Positions 11,148-21,981 of a stretch of DNA of 64,000 nucleotides are shown piece by piece. The notes below the pieces were generated by a model that did not search any database, was not told where the DNA came from, and worked only from the letters and a program-made list of their open reading frames with translations. Numbering within the stretch: the stretch's first letter is position 1; each line of letters starts with the position of its first letter. The translations under genes were made by a program, and so were the position numbers. The stretch is from contig DATFEP010000064.1 in assembly GCA_035250975.1 (NCBI GenBank), forward strand, positions 32,001-96,000. Direction: 5' to 3'. Source of the stretch: Nitrososphaeraceae archaeon (GTDB lineage: Archaea > Thermoproteota > Nitrososphaeria > Nitrososphaerales > Nitrososphaeraceae).

Positions 11148-12548
11148 TTATACAGATTTTGAAAGATTAGATGCTACAATATTCATTGGCTCCCACACTG
11201 GTGAAATTGGTGGCACATAACAGGCATCATAACTCGAAAGATCGTTAATAGTGGCTTTTTTTAATAAAGCTAATGCAACGACATCTATCCTTCCCTTTAC
11301 TCCTTCGCCGCCTATAATTTGAGCTCCTAAAATTTGTTCAGTCTTTTTATCGGCTACAATTTTAATCGAAATTGATTTACTATCAGGATAATATCCAGCT
11401 TTAGTAATACTGTTTATAGATGTTTCAACTGGATCAAAACCATTATTTCTAGCTTCTTCTGTACTAAGACCTGTTTTTCCTATAAATAAACCAAATGTCT
11501 TTGTGATAGCACTGCCTGCAATTCCCCGAAAAATTGCCTTACCGCCTGCAGAGTTCTCTCCAGCTACTCGTCCCTGTTTGTTAGCAGTAGTCCCCAAGGG
11601 AAGATAAGTATCCTTACCAGTAACATAATTTTCTGCTGTAGCACAGTCCCCCGCTGCAAAAATATTTGAAATGTTGGTTTGCATGTATCTATCAACCTTT
11701 ATAGCTTTATTAATTCCGAGTTTTATTCCAGCATCTGAAGCTATCTCACTATTTGGTTTAACACCGGTCCCAAAAACCAAAAAATCAGATAAGATGGTTT
11801 TGCCTTTATTTGTTACAACCCCGTGAAAATTTTGATTGCCTAAAATTTTTTCCACTCTTTCTCCTAGTATTAATTTTATTCCATTATTTTCCAATTCCTG
11901 TTTAACAATATATGACATGTCTGTGTCTATTATTTTAGGCAATATTGAATTACCCGATCCAACAAGTGTTACTTCCAAACCTTGTTTTTTAAATGATTCA
12001 ACTATTTCAACACCTATTAGACCAGCTCCGACTACTAAACATGAATCTGGACGGTTATTTTCTAAAAATCTTTTTATCGCTATCCCATCATTCAAAGTTC
12101 GTAACGTAAAGATTCCGCTATTGATGTTTTGTATCCCTTGCAATGATGGTATAGTAGCACTGGCCCCTGTTGCGATAACGAGAGAATCATAAGCTATTAT
12201 TTTATTATCTTCTATATTTTTAGATACATAATCTCTAACAATTATTTGCTTTTTAGACGGTAATATTTTCAATGCTGACGTGTTTAGCAAAATATTGATA
12301 CCATATTTACTTTGGAATTCTTGAGCTGGTCTAGCAATCAGTTCTGAAAAATCATCGATTATTCCTTCCAGAACGTAAGGAAGTCCACAGGAACCATAAG
12401 ACACAATTGGTTCTTGTTGTATTATTGTAATATTGGCATCAGGATTAATCCTTTTTGCTTTTGATGCTGCACTAGTTCCTGCGGCAACACCACCTATAAT
12501 GACTATATCTTTTGGTTTCTTATTTCCAATACCAGAAAATTTGGTCAT
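11148..12548 (-). CDS. CoA-disulfide reductase / NADH oxidase family flavoprotein
   Basis: GGVAAG, SYGSCGLPY single redox Cys, ATGA, GAGLIG, GDCA, YVPPIS. Confidence 0.88.
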   Translation of the reverse strand: MTKFSGIGNKKPKDIVIIGGVAAGTSAASKAKRINPDANITIIQQEPIVSYGSCGLPYVLEGIIDDFSELIARPAQEFQSKYGINILLNTSALKILPSKKQIIVRDYVSKNIEDNKIIAYDSLVIATGASATIPSLQGIQNINSGIFTLRTLNDGIAIKRFLENNRPDSCLVVGAGLIGVEIVESFKKQGLEVTLVGSGNSILPKIIDTDMSYIVKQELENNGIKLILGERVEKILGNQNFHGVVTNKGKTILSDFLVFGTGVKPNSEIASDAGIKLGINKAIKVDRYMQTNISNIFAAGDCATAENYVTGKDTYLPLGTTANKQGRVAGENSAGGKAIFRGIAGSAITKTFGLFIGKTGLSTEEARNNGFDPVETSINSITKAGYYPDSKSISIKIVADKKTEQILGAQIIGGEGVKGRIDVVALALLKKATINDLSSYDACYVPPISPVWEPMNIVASNLSKSV

Positions 12549-13037
12549 AAGGGCATTAATATTTTAACATATTAAAGAATAGATCTATCGCATAATTCAA
12601 AGGTAATCAAAATATCAAAAGAATTAAACTATTAATGAAAGTTTTATAAATTTAATAGTATTATTTTCTTGAACCAAGTTCCTGTATCTAAAACTTTACA
12701 CAGTTACTAATATGCCTTAGCTCTTATGCATTAGTTCTAACATATGGTTTTGAATAACTTGAGTATTTTTTTAAAAAGGGGATATAGTATTTGATATCAA
12801 ATAGGGACCATAGGTACATCAATTAACTAAATTAATTTAGTTAGATATGTAAATGATCAATCTAAAAAATTGTTTGAAACACTTATAGAGTAAAGATTCT
12901 TTATATCTTAAAAGATACCTAGATGTCAACACATTAAATGATAAAATATCTAATTATTAAGTGATATCAAATAAATGATTTGTATTTTCAAATAAATCAG
13001 AATCATCCTATTGACAAAAAGGAAAAACGTTACGTTA

Positions 13038-13493
13038 CTACAGATTTTCTAGTAACATATATCTTGACATGGCCATTAAGACAGGATCCTTTGGTTCTTT
13101 TTCGCACATTTTTCTTCCAATGTCTCCAGAGGTAACTATACCATATAATGTATTATCCCTTACTACAGGAAGTCTTCTAATGCGATATTTTGTCATTATC
13201 CTTGCAATTTGATCCATGTACGTCTCGGGAGCTATCGTAATTAATGGTTGTGACATTACTTCCTGTGCGCTCGTAGTTTTAGGATCTTTATTTTTACTCA
13301 CTACCCTTCTGACTATATCTCTTTCTGTGATTATTCCTACAGGACGATCTTTTTCTGTTATTATTATACAACCAACGTTCTTTAGAGTCATTTTTTGAGT
13401 GATATCATAAATATTGTTTGTTACCTCTGCAGTTTCTAGTGGAATTGATGTCATTACCGACTCGATAGCAACTTTGTTATAGTTATTGCTCAT
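13038..13493 (-). CDS. Stand-alone CBS-pair protein
   Basis: VGIITERDIV, IRRLPVV, GIVTSGD; likely start MSNNY at 13493. Confidence 0.9.
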   Translation of the reverse strand: MSNNYNKVAIESVMTSIPLETAEVTNNIYDITQKMTLKNVGCIIITEKDRPVGIITERDIVRRVVSKNKDPKTTSAQEVMSQPLITIAPETYMDQIARIMTKYRIRRLPVVRDNTLYGIVTSGDIGRKMCEKEPKDPVLMAMSRYMLLENL

Positions 13494-13701
13494 ATGTCGT
13501 TTAAAAAAAATTATCGCTTTTATGTAATTGGTGTGCAATGCATTACAGAGTACTATGGTAAAAATAGTAAAGAGGATAGACATTTTAGCATAATACAATA
13601 TTCCTAGACATCCTCAAAGCTGAATAATATTATCTTCTGTTATCCTATACATATTACTAGTTCTAAAAAAGTTAAATCCTGGAACTGACATTTTACGATA
13701 G

Positions 13702-14976
13702 TTGTTTTCACGCAGATTCCGTAATCTGGGACCTGGGATTATTACAGGTGCTGCAGATGATGATCCATCTGGAATAGCAACTTATTCCCAAGCAGGAGCT
13801 CAATTTGGACTTGGTTTAGCTTGGACTCCTATTTTCTTCCTTCCATTGTTATTTGCCATCCAGGAAATATGTGCTAGGATAGGTTTGGTTTCCGGTACTG
13901 GTATTATTTCATTAATGAAAAAAAAGTATCCTAAAAAACTGATTTATCCATTAATATCTTTGCTAGCTATCGCAAATACCATTAATCTAGGTGCAGATTT
14001 AAATGCTATAGGAGCTTCGGCAAATCTCATCATACCCGGGATTCCCATATTTTTCTATACTTTATTTTTTACGTTGTTTATTTTGATTACTGAAATTTTT
14101 GTTTCCTATATACGGTATGTTAGAATTCTAAAGTATCTTACATTATCTTTACTATGTTATTTTATAACAGCTATTATTGTTGGAGGTAATTGGAATCAAA
14201 TCTTTCTGTCTACCATTACTCCCAATATCGAATTTAATAAAGAATTCATAATGATGTTTGTGGCATTATGCGGGACAACTTTATCTCCATATCTTTTCTT
14301 TTGGCAAACCTCTGAAGAAGCAGAAGAAGATGTAGTCCATAAAAAAATAAAAGAAATAGGCAAAGGAAAACCAAAAATTTCCAAGCAAGATATCAAAGCA
14401 ATGAGAAAGGATATCTTTGTGGGAATGGCATTTTCAGTTTTTATTATGTGGTCAATTATAGTTACTGCTGCAGGTAGTCTTAACCTTCATGGGATAACAA
14501 ATATTCAAACTGCGGATCAAGCAGCACAGGCGTTAGAACCCCTAGTCCAAACGTTTCCTAATTCCGGGTTTATTGCGAAAATCATATTTGCAATAGGAAT
14601 AATCGGGACTGGATTATTAGCTATACCTGTTTTAGCAAGTTCCACGGCGTATGCTTTTTCGGATACATTTGGGTGGACAGAAGGATTAAGTAAGAAGTTT
14701 AAGCAAGCAAAATCATTCTATCTTACCATTGTAATTTCTACAATTATTGGCTTGTTTTTTAATTTCAGTGGAATTGAGCCAATAAAAGCATTAATATATG
14801 CTGCTATAATAAATGGAGTAATTTCTATTCCTATACTAGTCATCATAATGAAAATTTCAAATGATAAAAAATTACTTGGTCAAAATGTAAATGGAAAAAT
14901 TTCTAATACTATTGGTGTCTTAACAATGGTTATAATGACAATTCCAGTTATTTTTATGATATTAACATCAATTTAA
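13702..14976 (+). CDS. NRAMP-family divalent metal transporter (NRMT-like)
   Basis: LGPGIITGAADDDPSG, QEICAR, GTTLSPY, about 11 TM segments. Confidence 0.88.
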   Translation: MFSRRFRNLGPGIITGAADDDPSGIATYSQAGAQFGLGLAWTPIFFLPLLFAIQEICARIGLVSGTGIISLMKKKYPKKLIYPLISLLAIANTINLGADLNAIGASANLIIPGIPIFFYTLFFTLFILITEIFVSYIRYVRILKYLTLSLLCYFITAIIVGGNWNQIFLSTITPNIEFNKEFIMMFVALCGTTLSPYLFFWQTSEEAEEDVVHKKIKEIGKGKPKISKQDIKAMRKDIFVGMAFSVFIMWSIIVTAAGSLNLHGITNIQTADQAAQALEPLVQTFPNSGFIAKIIFAIGIIGTGLLAIPVLASSTAYAFSDTFGWTEGLSKKFKQAKSFYLTIVISTIIGLFFNFSGIEPIKALIYAAIINGVISIPILVIIMKISNDKKLLGQNVNGKISNTIGVLTMVIMTIPVIFMILTSI

Positions 14977-15139
14977 TTTTCTTCTGAAATTTCTTTCATT
15001 GTCTTCAAATCATCTAGTTATATGGATTGGATTATTTGTTTATAACAAGAATAACGGTAGTGATTCGAATTTCATATTAACAGTAAATTATCAAATATAT
15101 CTATTTTTGTAATAGTAAACAAATTATTTATAAAAAAAA

Positions 15140-15994
15140 TTAGGAAATGACTTTTACTGTAAATTCATCGAATATTTCTTGTTCTGGAACTTTGCTACCT
15201 ATAGCATTTATTTCCGCCCTTAATGTGTAATCACCATCAGGTAGCGGAGTAATGATGTGGTACGCTCCAGTTATAGGGTCAGTAAAGTCGGGCCCATATA
15301 AACTGGTCTGGTTGCCTTCAGAAGATACTAGTTCTATTTGAAAAACACTACCAAGCGAGAAGAATGATTTCGAAAATACTGGTGTGTCATCTTTGAATAT
15401 AGAAATTTCATAAGTTAATGGAGTAGTGTCATCTACCTTCACTGTAGTGGGTTCAAAGTTAATCAATACACGATCATTTTTGGATTTATCAAATTCCCAT
15501 GTAAACTGCGTATCATTTGATTTCAAACCCATGCCTGCACTAACCTTAAAGTCAAATCCAAGTTCGGATGCAGGACTCACATACACAGTCCCCTTGAGTG
15601 AAGGATTAACGGTGTCATGATATTCATAGAGACCCGCCTTATCAAAGGTATGTAAGAAGAAAGAAGTATAAGGGATTATTCCAGAATTGAACTCTTTCCC
15701 TGAATCTGGGGACTTTGGAGAACCGCTTGTCACTGTATGTGGTTGTCCAGGATCGTCATTAAACCAAGCGATAGTTGTTCCGATTGGAATCGCTATATTT
15801 TTTGGATAATAGTTTATCGTACTATTCTTTTGTGCTGCTCCGGCAACTATGTCTACGATGTATGTCGCCTGAACTCCTTTAGGAGATGAAATTGGCGACT
15901 CACCGAATTGACCAAGAGCTGTATTTGTTGGAATGGTAAGCAATCCGATAAATATAGGTACCACAATAAATAAGGTGCGTGTATTTTTATTCAT
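15140..15994 (-). CDS. Exported cupredoxin-domain protein with non-canonical ligand loop
   Basis: Signal peptide, GTTIAWFN.D..PHTVTSG, FNSG, GLYEYHD...LKGTVYV. Confidence 0.75.
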   Translation of the reverse strand: MNKNTRTLFIVVPIFIGLLTIPTNTALGQFGESPISSPKGVQATYIVDIVAGAAQKNSTINYYPKNIAIPIGTTIAWFNDDPGQPHTVTSGSPKSPDSGKEFNSGIIPYTSFFLHTFDKAGLYEYHDTVNPSLKGTVYVSPASELGFDFKVSAGMGLKSNDTQFTWEFDKSKNDRVLINFEPTTVKVDDTTPLTYEISIFKDDTPVFSKSFFSLGSVFQIELVSSEGNQTSLYGPDFTDPITGAYHIITPLPDGDYTLRAEINAIGSKVPEQEIFDEFTVKVIS

Positions 15995-16062
15995 TAATAT
16001 AGAACAATTGCTATTATTTATTAATGTAGATCTACGCTTTGAAATGAATTTAAATGAAATTT

Positions 16063-16420
16063 AGAGCCTATCACAAAAATTATCCTCATTCAAACAATTA
16101 TACTACTTTCCAACTGTACAAGACGAAATAGTTCTCCCTTCCTTTCAGACCTCGTAAATAATTTCCTGAATTCGTTATGCTATGAATGTTCTCAATTACC
16201 CATTTTCTTGCTTCATGGTATCGCCTGCAGATTTTCTTATCTTCTGTTATACAATGCATATGTGGGACGTATCCCTTGCTGATAATTGCTTGTTCTACTT
16301 CTTTAGAATGATGTTCTTTATTAAGATGTAGATTTTGATTTTTACTTTCTGTCTTTTGTTATTGATGATAACTGTTGTTTTAAAACAATATTACCAATTG
16401 TATCCTTTGCAACTGCTTTG
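16063..16420 (-). mobile_element. Degraded IS5-family transposase 3' remnant with one terminal IR
   Basis: Minus-strand fragments in shifted frames: KDTIGNIVLK, LHLNKEH..EVEQAIISKGYVPH, ARKWVIENIHS, HNEFRKLFTRSERK..LVQL; end sequence AGAGCCTATCACAAAA. Confidence 0.7.
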
Positions 16421-16765
16421 TTGTACAATTATGAAAATCGATAATATGATACAAAATTGTAACAGGAATAAATTATCAAAATAATTTCATTGTATGATAG
16501 TAAATTCAATTTGGAATTCACATATCTGAGGCAATAAGCATCTTTAGCACAAAATTTTGCCTTTTTGCTAGTCGCAAAATGTGGAAAATCTATAGTTTTA
16601 TATAGACAATTGGATGAGGTTGTTTAATCACCTCTACAATACATCGATTAAAGCAAAATTCCATTTAAAATAAGAGGTGAAATAGTCTGAAGTTGGCAGG
16701 TTTTATTCTAATCAAAAATATTCAGATCGACATTTGACGTGGTCGTTAAAAATAGAAATCTAATA

Positions 16766-19294
16766 TTACATTTTTACCCATTTATAAAAGAGCCACTTTG
16801 TTACTTCAGCCATAAGTACATACGCTAATACAATTATTCCTATACTAAGATAGAAAGTTAAAGGGATAACAACAAATCCAAATATTGAACCAACAGGAGT
16901 AAGAGGAATAGCAAGAACAAAAATATTAACTATTAAAGTTGTAATTAACAAAAATTTTCCAGGAGTACTTTTCATTAATGGTTTTTTACTTCTGATAATT
17001 AAAACTACAAGTGAAGCCGAAATAACGGATTCCATAAACCATGTAGTTCTAAATTGTTCTATGTTTGCGTGTAAAATATTTAGTAGTACAATAAAGGTCA
17101 GAAAATCAAAAAGAGTACTTAAAAAACCAAATACCAGCATGAATTTACGAATAAATTTAAGATCCCAATGCCTGGGAACTTCTAATATTTCCTTGTCTAC
17201 ATTATCTGTCGATATTGTCATTTCTGGAAAGTCTGTCATCAAGTTGGTAAGAAGTATCTGTTTTGGCAAAAGTGGAAGGAATGTCAGAAATAACGATACA
17301 CCAGCCATACTAAACATATTTCCAAAATTAGCACTTGTTGCCATGAAAACATACTTCATTGTATTTGCAAAGGTTCTACGTCCTTCCATTATCCCATCTA
17401 TGAGAACGCTAATATCTTTTTCAAGCAAAACAATATCTGCTGTCTCTTTAAGAACGTCTGTGGATTTATCAACAGAGATTCCTACGTCTGCTGAATGAAT
17501 CGCTGCTGCATCATTTACTCCATCGCCTAGATAACCTACTATATTTCCAGATTTCCTTAATGCCAAGATTATTTGTTCCTTTTGAGCAGGTTCAATTTCT
17601 GCGAAGATGTTCACTTTTCTCACTTTTCTTGTTAGTGACTCGGGCGTCATATGAGAGATCTCTGAGCCTGTCAAGATTTCAGATTTGGATATTAGACCGA
17701 TCTGTTTACCTAAGTGAGATGTGACATAAAGATTGTCTCCACTAATTATTTTGAGTGAAACTTTTAATTTTTTAAGTTTTTTTATAGATTCTACTATCCC
17801 TGGTTTTATTGGATCAAAAAATACTAGAAATCCCAAAAAAATCATGTCTCTTTCATAATCTTTGTTGATTATTGAAATATCCACATCATTACGATATGCT
17901 AGACCAAGTATTCGAAGACCTTGTAAACTTAACTCCTCAAATTGTTTTTGCAATGAGTCTTTAAGAACAGCTAATTCTATTATTTTTTCACCAGTCACTT
18001 CTGCTTTAGAACATATATCGAGAATATTTTTTACAGCACCTTTTGTTATCATTATATTCTCGTTATTTTTGTAAGATACCAAAACACTTATTCGCTTACG
18101 AACAAAGTCATAAGGAATCTCATCTAACTTCTTATATGCGGATAAATCGAATTGTTTGGAACTTCTTATTGCATCATCAATTGGATTAATAAAACCACTT
18201 TCAAACGTCGAATTGAGATAGGCATAAAAAAGAACTTTGTTATTTACTCTTCCTTCTGTATCTAGAGCAAATTTAAGTTTAATATTTCCTTCGGTCAAAG
18301 TACCTGTCTTATCAGAACATAATATGTTCATGCTTCCAAGATTTTCTATAGATGCTAATTTTTTTACAATTACCTTTTTTAAACCCATTCGTTTTGCACC
18401 ATGAGACAGATTAATACTAATGATTGCAGGAAGAAGTTGTGGAGTCAGACCTATAGACAAGGCAAGGGCAAAAAGAAAAGAATCCAATACAGGACGTTCA
18501 AAGTACACATTAATCAAGAAAATGAATGAAACCAAAATGATCGTAACTTCAACCAGAAGAAAACTAAATTTTCTTACCCCTTGTTCGAATTCGGTTTCAG
18601 GAGGCTTTGTTTTGATGTGTTGAGAAAGTTTACCTATTTCAGATCTTTTGCCAGTATTTACAACTACTGCTTTTACAATCCCGCTAACAATATGTGTATC
18701 CATAAAAATACAATTTGTTCTTTCATGTAATGGTGTTTCTAGAGGTAATATTTCTTGTGACTTTTCAACTGGATAACTTTCCCCCGTAAGTGTTGACTCG
18801 TTAACAAAAAGATCTTTAGATTCAACGATAATGCAATCTGCGGGTATCCCACTCCCTGCGTTAAGAACAACCAAATCTCCAGGTACAATTTGTCTAGTAG
18901 AGATACTTAGTTCTTTTCCATCTCGTATTACACTCGTCTTTAATTGTACCATTTCTAATAATTTTTTTATTATATTTGATGCTCTTCTTTCTTGTAAAAA
19001 TGCAAGAATAGTACTTATGAATAAAATAATGAAAATTATTATCGCATCGTTAAAATTTCCAAGAAATAATGATAAACCTGTAGCAAATATTAGTAATAAG
19101 ATGATAGAATTTTTAAATTGACACAATAACAAACGAAATGTCCCCGTCTTATTATTAGAATCAATGATATTTGGACCGTATATTTCTAGTCTAGACTGGG
19201 CCTCTCCTGAACTCAATCCATTACTACCAGTTTGAAGGTTGTCAAAAATCTCGTTTGTTGCTAAAGACCAGAATTTGTCTTCTATTTTATGCAT
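16766..19294 (-). CDS. mgtA: Magnesium-translocating P-type ATPase (type IIIB)
   Basis: TGES, PQLLP, DKTGTLT, NPIDDA, YDFVRKR, KGAV, GDGVND, SANFGNMFS, WFMES. Confidence 0.9.
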   Translation of the reverse strand: MHKIEDKFWSLATNEIFDNLQTGSNGLSSGEAQSRLEIYGPNIIDSNNKTGTFRLLLCQFKNSIILLLIFATGLSLFLGNFNDAIIIFIILFISTILAFLQERRASNIIKKLLEMVQLKTSVIRDGKELSISTRQIVPGDLVVLNAGSGIPADCIIVESKDLFVNESTLTGESYPVEKSQEILPLETPLHERTNCIFMDTHIVSGIVKAVVVNTGKRSEIGKLSQHIKTKPPETEFEQGVRKFSFLLVEVTIILVSFIFLINVYFERPVLDSFLFALALSIGLTPQLLPAIISINLSHGAKRMGLKKVIVKKLASIENLGSMNILCSDKTGTLTEGNIKLKFALDTEGRVNNKVLFYAYLNSTFESGFINPIDDAIRSSKQFDLSAYKKLDEIPYDFVRKRISVLVSYKNNENIMITKGAVKNILDICSKAEVTGEKIIELAVLKDSLQKQFEELSLQGLRILGLAYRNDVDISIINKDYERDMIFLGFLVFFDPIKPGIVESIKKLKKLKVSLKIISGDNLYVTSHLGKQIGLISKSEILTGSEISHMTPESLTRKVRKVNIFAEIEPAQKEQIILALRKSGNIVGYLGDGVNDAAAIHSADVGISVDKSTDVLKETADIVLLEKDISVLIDGIMEGRRTFANTMKYVFMATSANFGNMFSMAGVSLFLTFLPLLPKQILLTNLMTDFPEMTISTDNVDKEILEVPRHWDLKFIRKFMLVFGFLSTLFDFLTFIVLLNILHANIEQFRTTWFMESVISASLVVLIIRSKKPLMKSTPGKFLLITTLIVNIFVLAIPLTPVGSIFGFVVIPLTFYLSIGIIVLAYVLMAEVTKWLFYKWVKM

Positions 19295-19577
19295 TAGGTA
19301 AAGTTATGTTATAATTGATCTCTTTTAAGATAATCGATAGAGTATAACGCATCTTATAATACTTAAATCTCATAGTAGATTTCTCATAAATTATAGATGC
19401 CAATATTTTTCCATCTTATTTTGATTTTTCAAATAACAAATATCATAAATGACATAAACATGTTATTTCTAGAATTATAAGCGATTCGAAGTAATAGCGA
19501 ACTCATTATTGTTTTGAATTTATGATTTTGATTTTATCTTTACAAAATATATATTATTATTAATTCTATTACTTGTA

Positions 19578-20042
19578 TTGTCTCGTGAAAATAATGGATT
19601 TAAGAGGATACTTGTTCTAGTAGATGGATCAAAATATTCGATAAATGCATTGGAATATGCTAGTATCCTATCTAAAGAATATGATTCTGAATTAATAGCA
19701 TTATACGTTGTACCATCCATAATGAGATATGATGATCTGTTTTTAAGTAAGAGAAAATACGAGGAGATCCCTGGATTCAAAGACATAATTGAACTGTCAT
19801 ACTTAGAATCTCATAATTGGTTAAATGAATTAAAGGAAAAAATTGGTGGAAAACTAACAACCGACGTCATTATTGCTAAGAAATCTGTTGTTTCTGAAAT
19901 ATTAGAATATTCAGAACGCAATGATATAGATTTAATAATTATGGGTACAAGAGGAAAAACAGGTTTGAAAAAATTACTGTTGGGAAGTACAGCAGAAGGG
20001 GTTATAACTTATGCACATTGTCCTGTATTAGTAGTTAGATAA
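19578..20042 (+). CDS. Universal stress protein (USP)
   Basis: RILVLVDGSKYS, GTRGKTGLKKLLLGSTA, YAHCPVLVVR; TTG start. Confidence 0.9.
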   Translation: MSRENNGFKRILVLVDGSKYSINALEYASILSKEYDSELIALYVVPSIMRYDDLFLSKRKYEEIPGFKDIIELSYLESHNWLNELKEKIGGKLTTDVIIAKKSVVSEILEYSERNDIDLIIMGTRGKTGLKKLLLGSTAEGVITYAHCPVLVVR

Positions 20043-20216
20043 ATTTATCATGAAATTGAATTCATAGATTCTATCAGTTGAGAGTACGCATATCTCAAAG
20101 CCAAAATCATTACACTCCTAACTGGAAAATTATCTATATATTTAATGCAGAAAATATTATAACTCAGTTTATGTTTCTAAGTTATCCATTTAGTTAAGTT
20201 CAGGTTATCAAGTGGG

Positions 20217-21221
20217 TTAAAAATGTTGTATGTAATTCCTAGCAAGATTAAAATGCAACATGGCTTCTTTCTCGTGAATGGTTTTTTCGTTATTTAAAAC
20301 TTCATTAGCACGGAAAAGAGAGACCTTGGCTCTAACACAAGCCTTATAGCACATCATAAAAAAAATCATTTTCTTTATGACATCGTCCTCACTTTTTTTC
20401 ATATAATAAGAGATAAAATGGTCACGCAAATCTATACGTTGATGAAAATCAAAATCCATCGCAAGGTGTGAAATATCCTCTATTACATCAGCATATCGCA
20501 GAGAATCATTAAATTCTATTCTATCATAAAGATAAATTTTATCACGTATAATAAAAATATTTTTTAAATATAGATCACCATGAATATCACGAATTCTGTT
20601 TTCTTTTATACGTTGATGGAATAAATCAATATTATTTTCAACAAATGAGTCCAATTTATCATGAAATATTGGATCTAATTTTATAAGTTGAGAAAGGGTT
20701 TTGAAATTTTCATTAATTTTCTTTTTTATAAAGATAGGTCTACCAAATCTAGAAATATTTTTACTTGTAGTGGCACCATGATGGAATTTTATAAGTATTT
20801 TCGTTAAAGACTGTACTGTTTTCATATCTATTTTTCCATCCCGAAGTAAATTATCCATTCTAAATTTTTGTGGAATTTCTATCATTTTAACAGCATATTC
20901 TATAGCTCTTCCGTCGTCTCTAAGATCTACTATTTTAAAAATATCATTGTCATTAACAATTTTTACTACTTTCTGATACATGTTACCACAAAGGGTTTTA
21001 TTTAAAGAAATTTCCTTGTTACAAAATTTTTTTCTAAGATATAATTTTGAAAAGTCGAGAACTTGACCAAATTTTACATTTTTCTTTATCTTGTAGGCAT
21101 AAGAACCTGTGAGAATAACCCAAGAAATATGAGTTTCTAGGATTTTTATCCTTGATACTTTATGGGGATATGATTTTTTATTTCGTAATCGCAAAATAAT
21201 ATTCTGTTGGTCAATCTGCAT
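20217..21221 (-). CDS. Rv2004c-like aminoglycoside-phosphotransferase/kinase-fold protein lacking the C-terminal P-loop domain
   Basis: ETHISWV, AYKIKK, LDFS, EYAVKM, HGDL...NI, IEFN..LRY.D, YKACVRAKV. Confidence 0.85.
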   Translation of the reverse strand: MQIDQQNIILRLRNKKSYPHKVSRIKILETHISWVILTGSYAYKIKKNVKFGQVLDFSKLYLRKKFCNKEISLNKTLCGNMYQKVVKIVNDNDIFKIVDLRDDGRAIEYAVKMIEIPQKFRMDNLLRDGKIDMKTVQSLTKILIKFHHGATTSKNISRFGRPIFIKKKINENFKTLSQLIKLDPIFHDKLDSFVENNIDLFHQRIKENRIRDIHGDLYLKNIFIIRDKIYLYDRIEFNDSLRYADVIEDISHLAMDFDFHQRIDLRDHFISYYMKKSEDDVIKKMIFFMMCYKACVRAKVSLFRANEVLNNEKTIHEKEAMLHFNLARNYIQHF

Positions 21222-21414
21222 ACTTTAGCATCGCCTATAAAATCGCTTCATTCTACTTGTTAGATTTATTTATTTTAATAGTTATATGAATTCCCTTTAC
21301 TGATTCATAAATTAATGTAGTGATATTTTCGAGTAATGAAATAATATTAGAAGATGGAATACTACAATAAAATATTCCAAAATAATAAAGCTCATTTATT
21401 ACAAAGAAGATACA

Positions 21415-21981
21415 TTGAGCATGGCACGACAATTTTTATTATTTATTTCTATTGGAATTTTGATTACTGTAATTTTGTTTATCGATAAACAATATGTTTT
21501 TGGTCATCTCAATGGAACAAGAATACAAGAATTGATCGATAAGAAAAACGATATTAAACTTCTTTTTACATACGAACCGGAAAAGCCAATAATTGATACT
21601 TTCACAAAACTTTCCTTTAGTGCTCAAGATTTAGAAGGCAATCATATTGAGAATTATAAGGCATCAGTTATCGTAACAAATGGACAACGACTTTTCAAAT
21701 TTCAAAATATATCTGTTCCTGACGGAGATTTTGATGTAGAATATATTTTCCCAGATGATGGAACACATCAAGTAATAACCAGAATTGATACGAAATCTAG
21801 CATCACACCGGCATCATTTAGTGTATTTGTTCCACATCAGGCACCGCCAAGTATATTAAATCCATTTCCGCTTCCACCCGACGGAAAATATAGTTTAGAA
21901 ATAATAGTAAGCATAGTACTTGCAATAGTAATTCCAATAATAGCAGTAATATCATTGATTTTTATGATTAAGAAACGTTGA
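21415..21981 (+). CDS. Exported, C-terminally membrane-anchored beta-rich protein
   Basis: N-terminal signal/TM, Ig-like (YtkA/FixH-like) core with FPDDGTH, Pro-rich linker, C-terminal TM plus KKR. Confidence 0.65.
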   Translation: MSMARQFLLFISIGILITVILFIDKQYVFGHLNGTRIQELIDKKNDIKLLFTYEPEKPIIDTFTKLSFSAQDLEGNHIENYKASVIVTNGQRLFKFQNISVPDGDFDVEYIFPDDGTHQVITRIDTKSSITPASFSVFVPHQAPPSILNPFPLPPDGKYSLEIIVSIVLAIVIPIIAVISLIFMIKKR

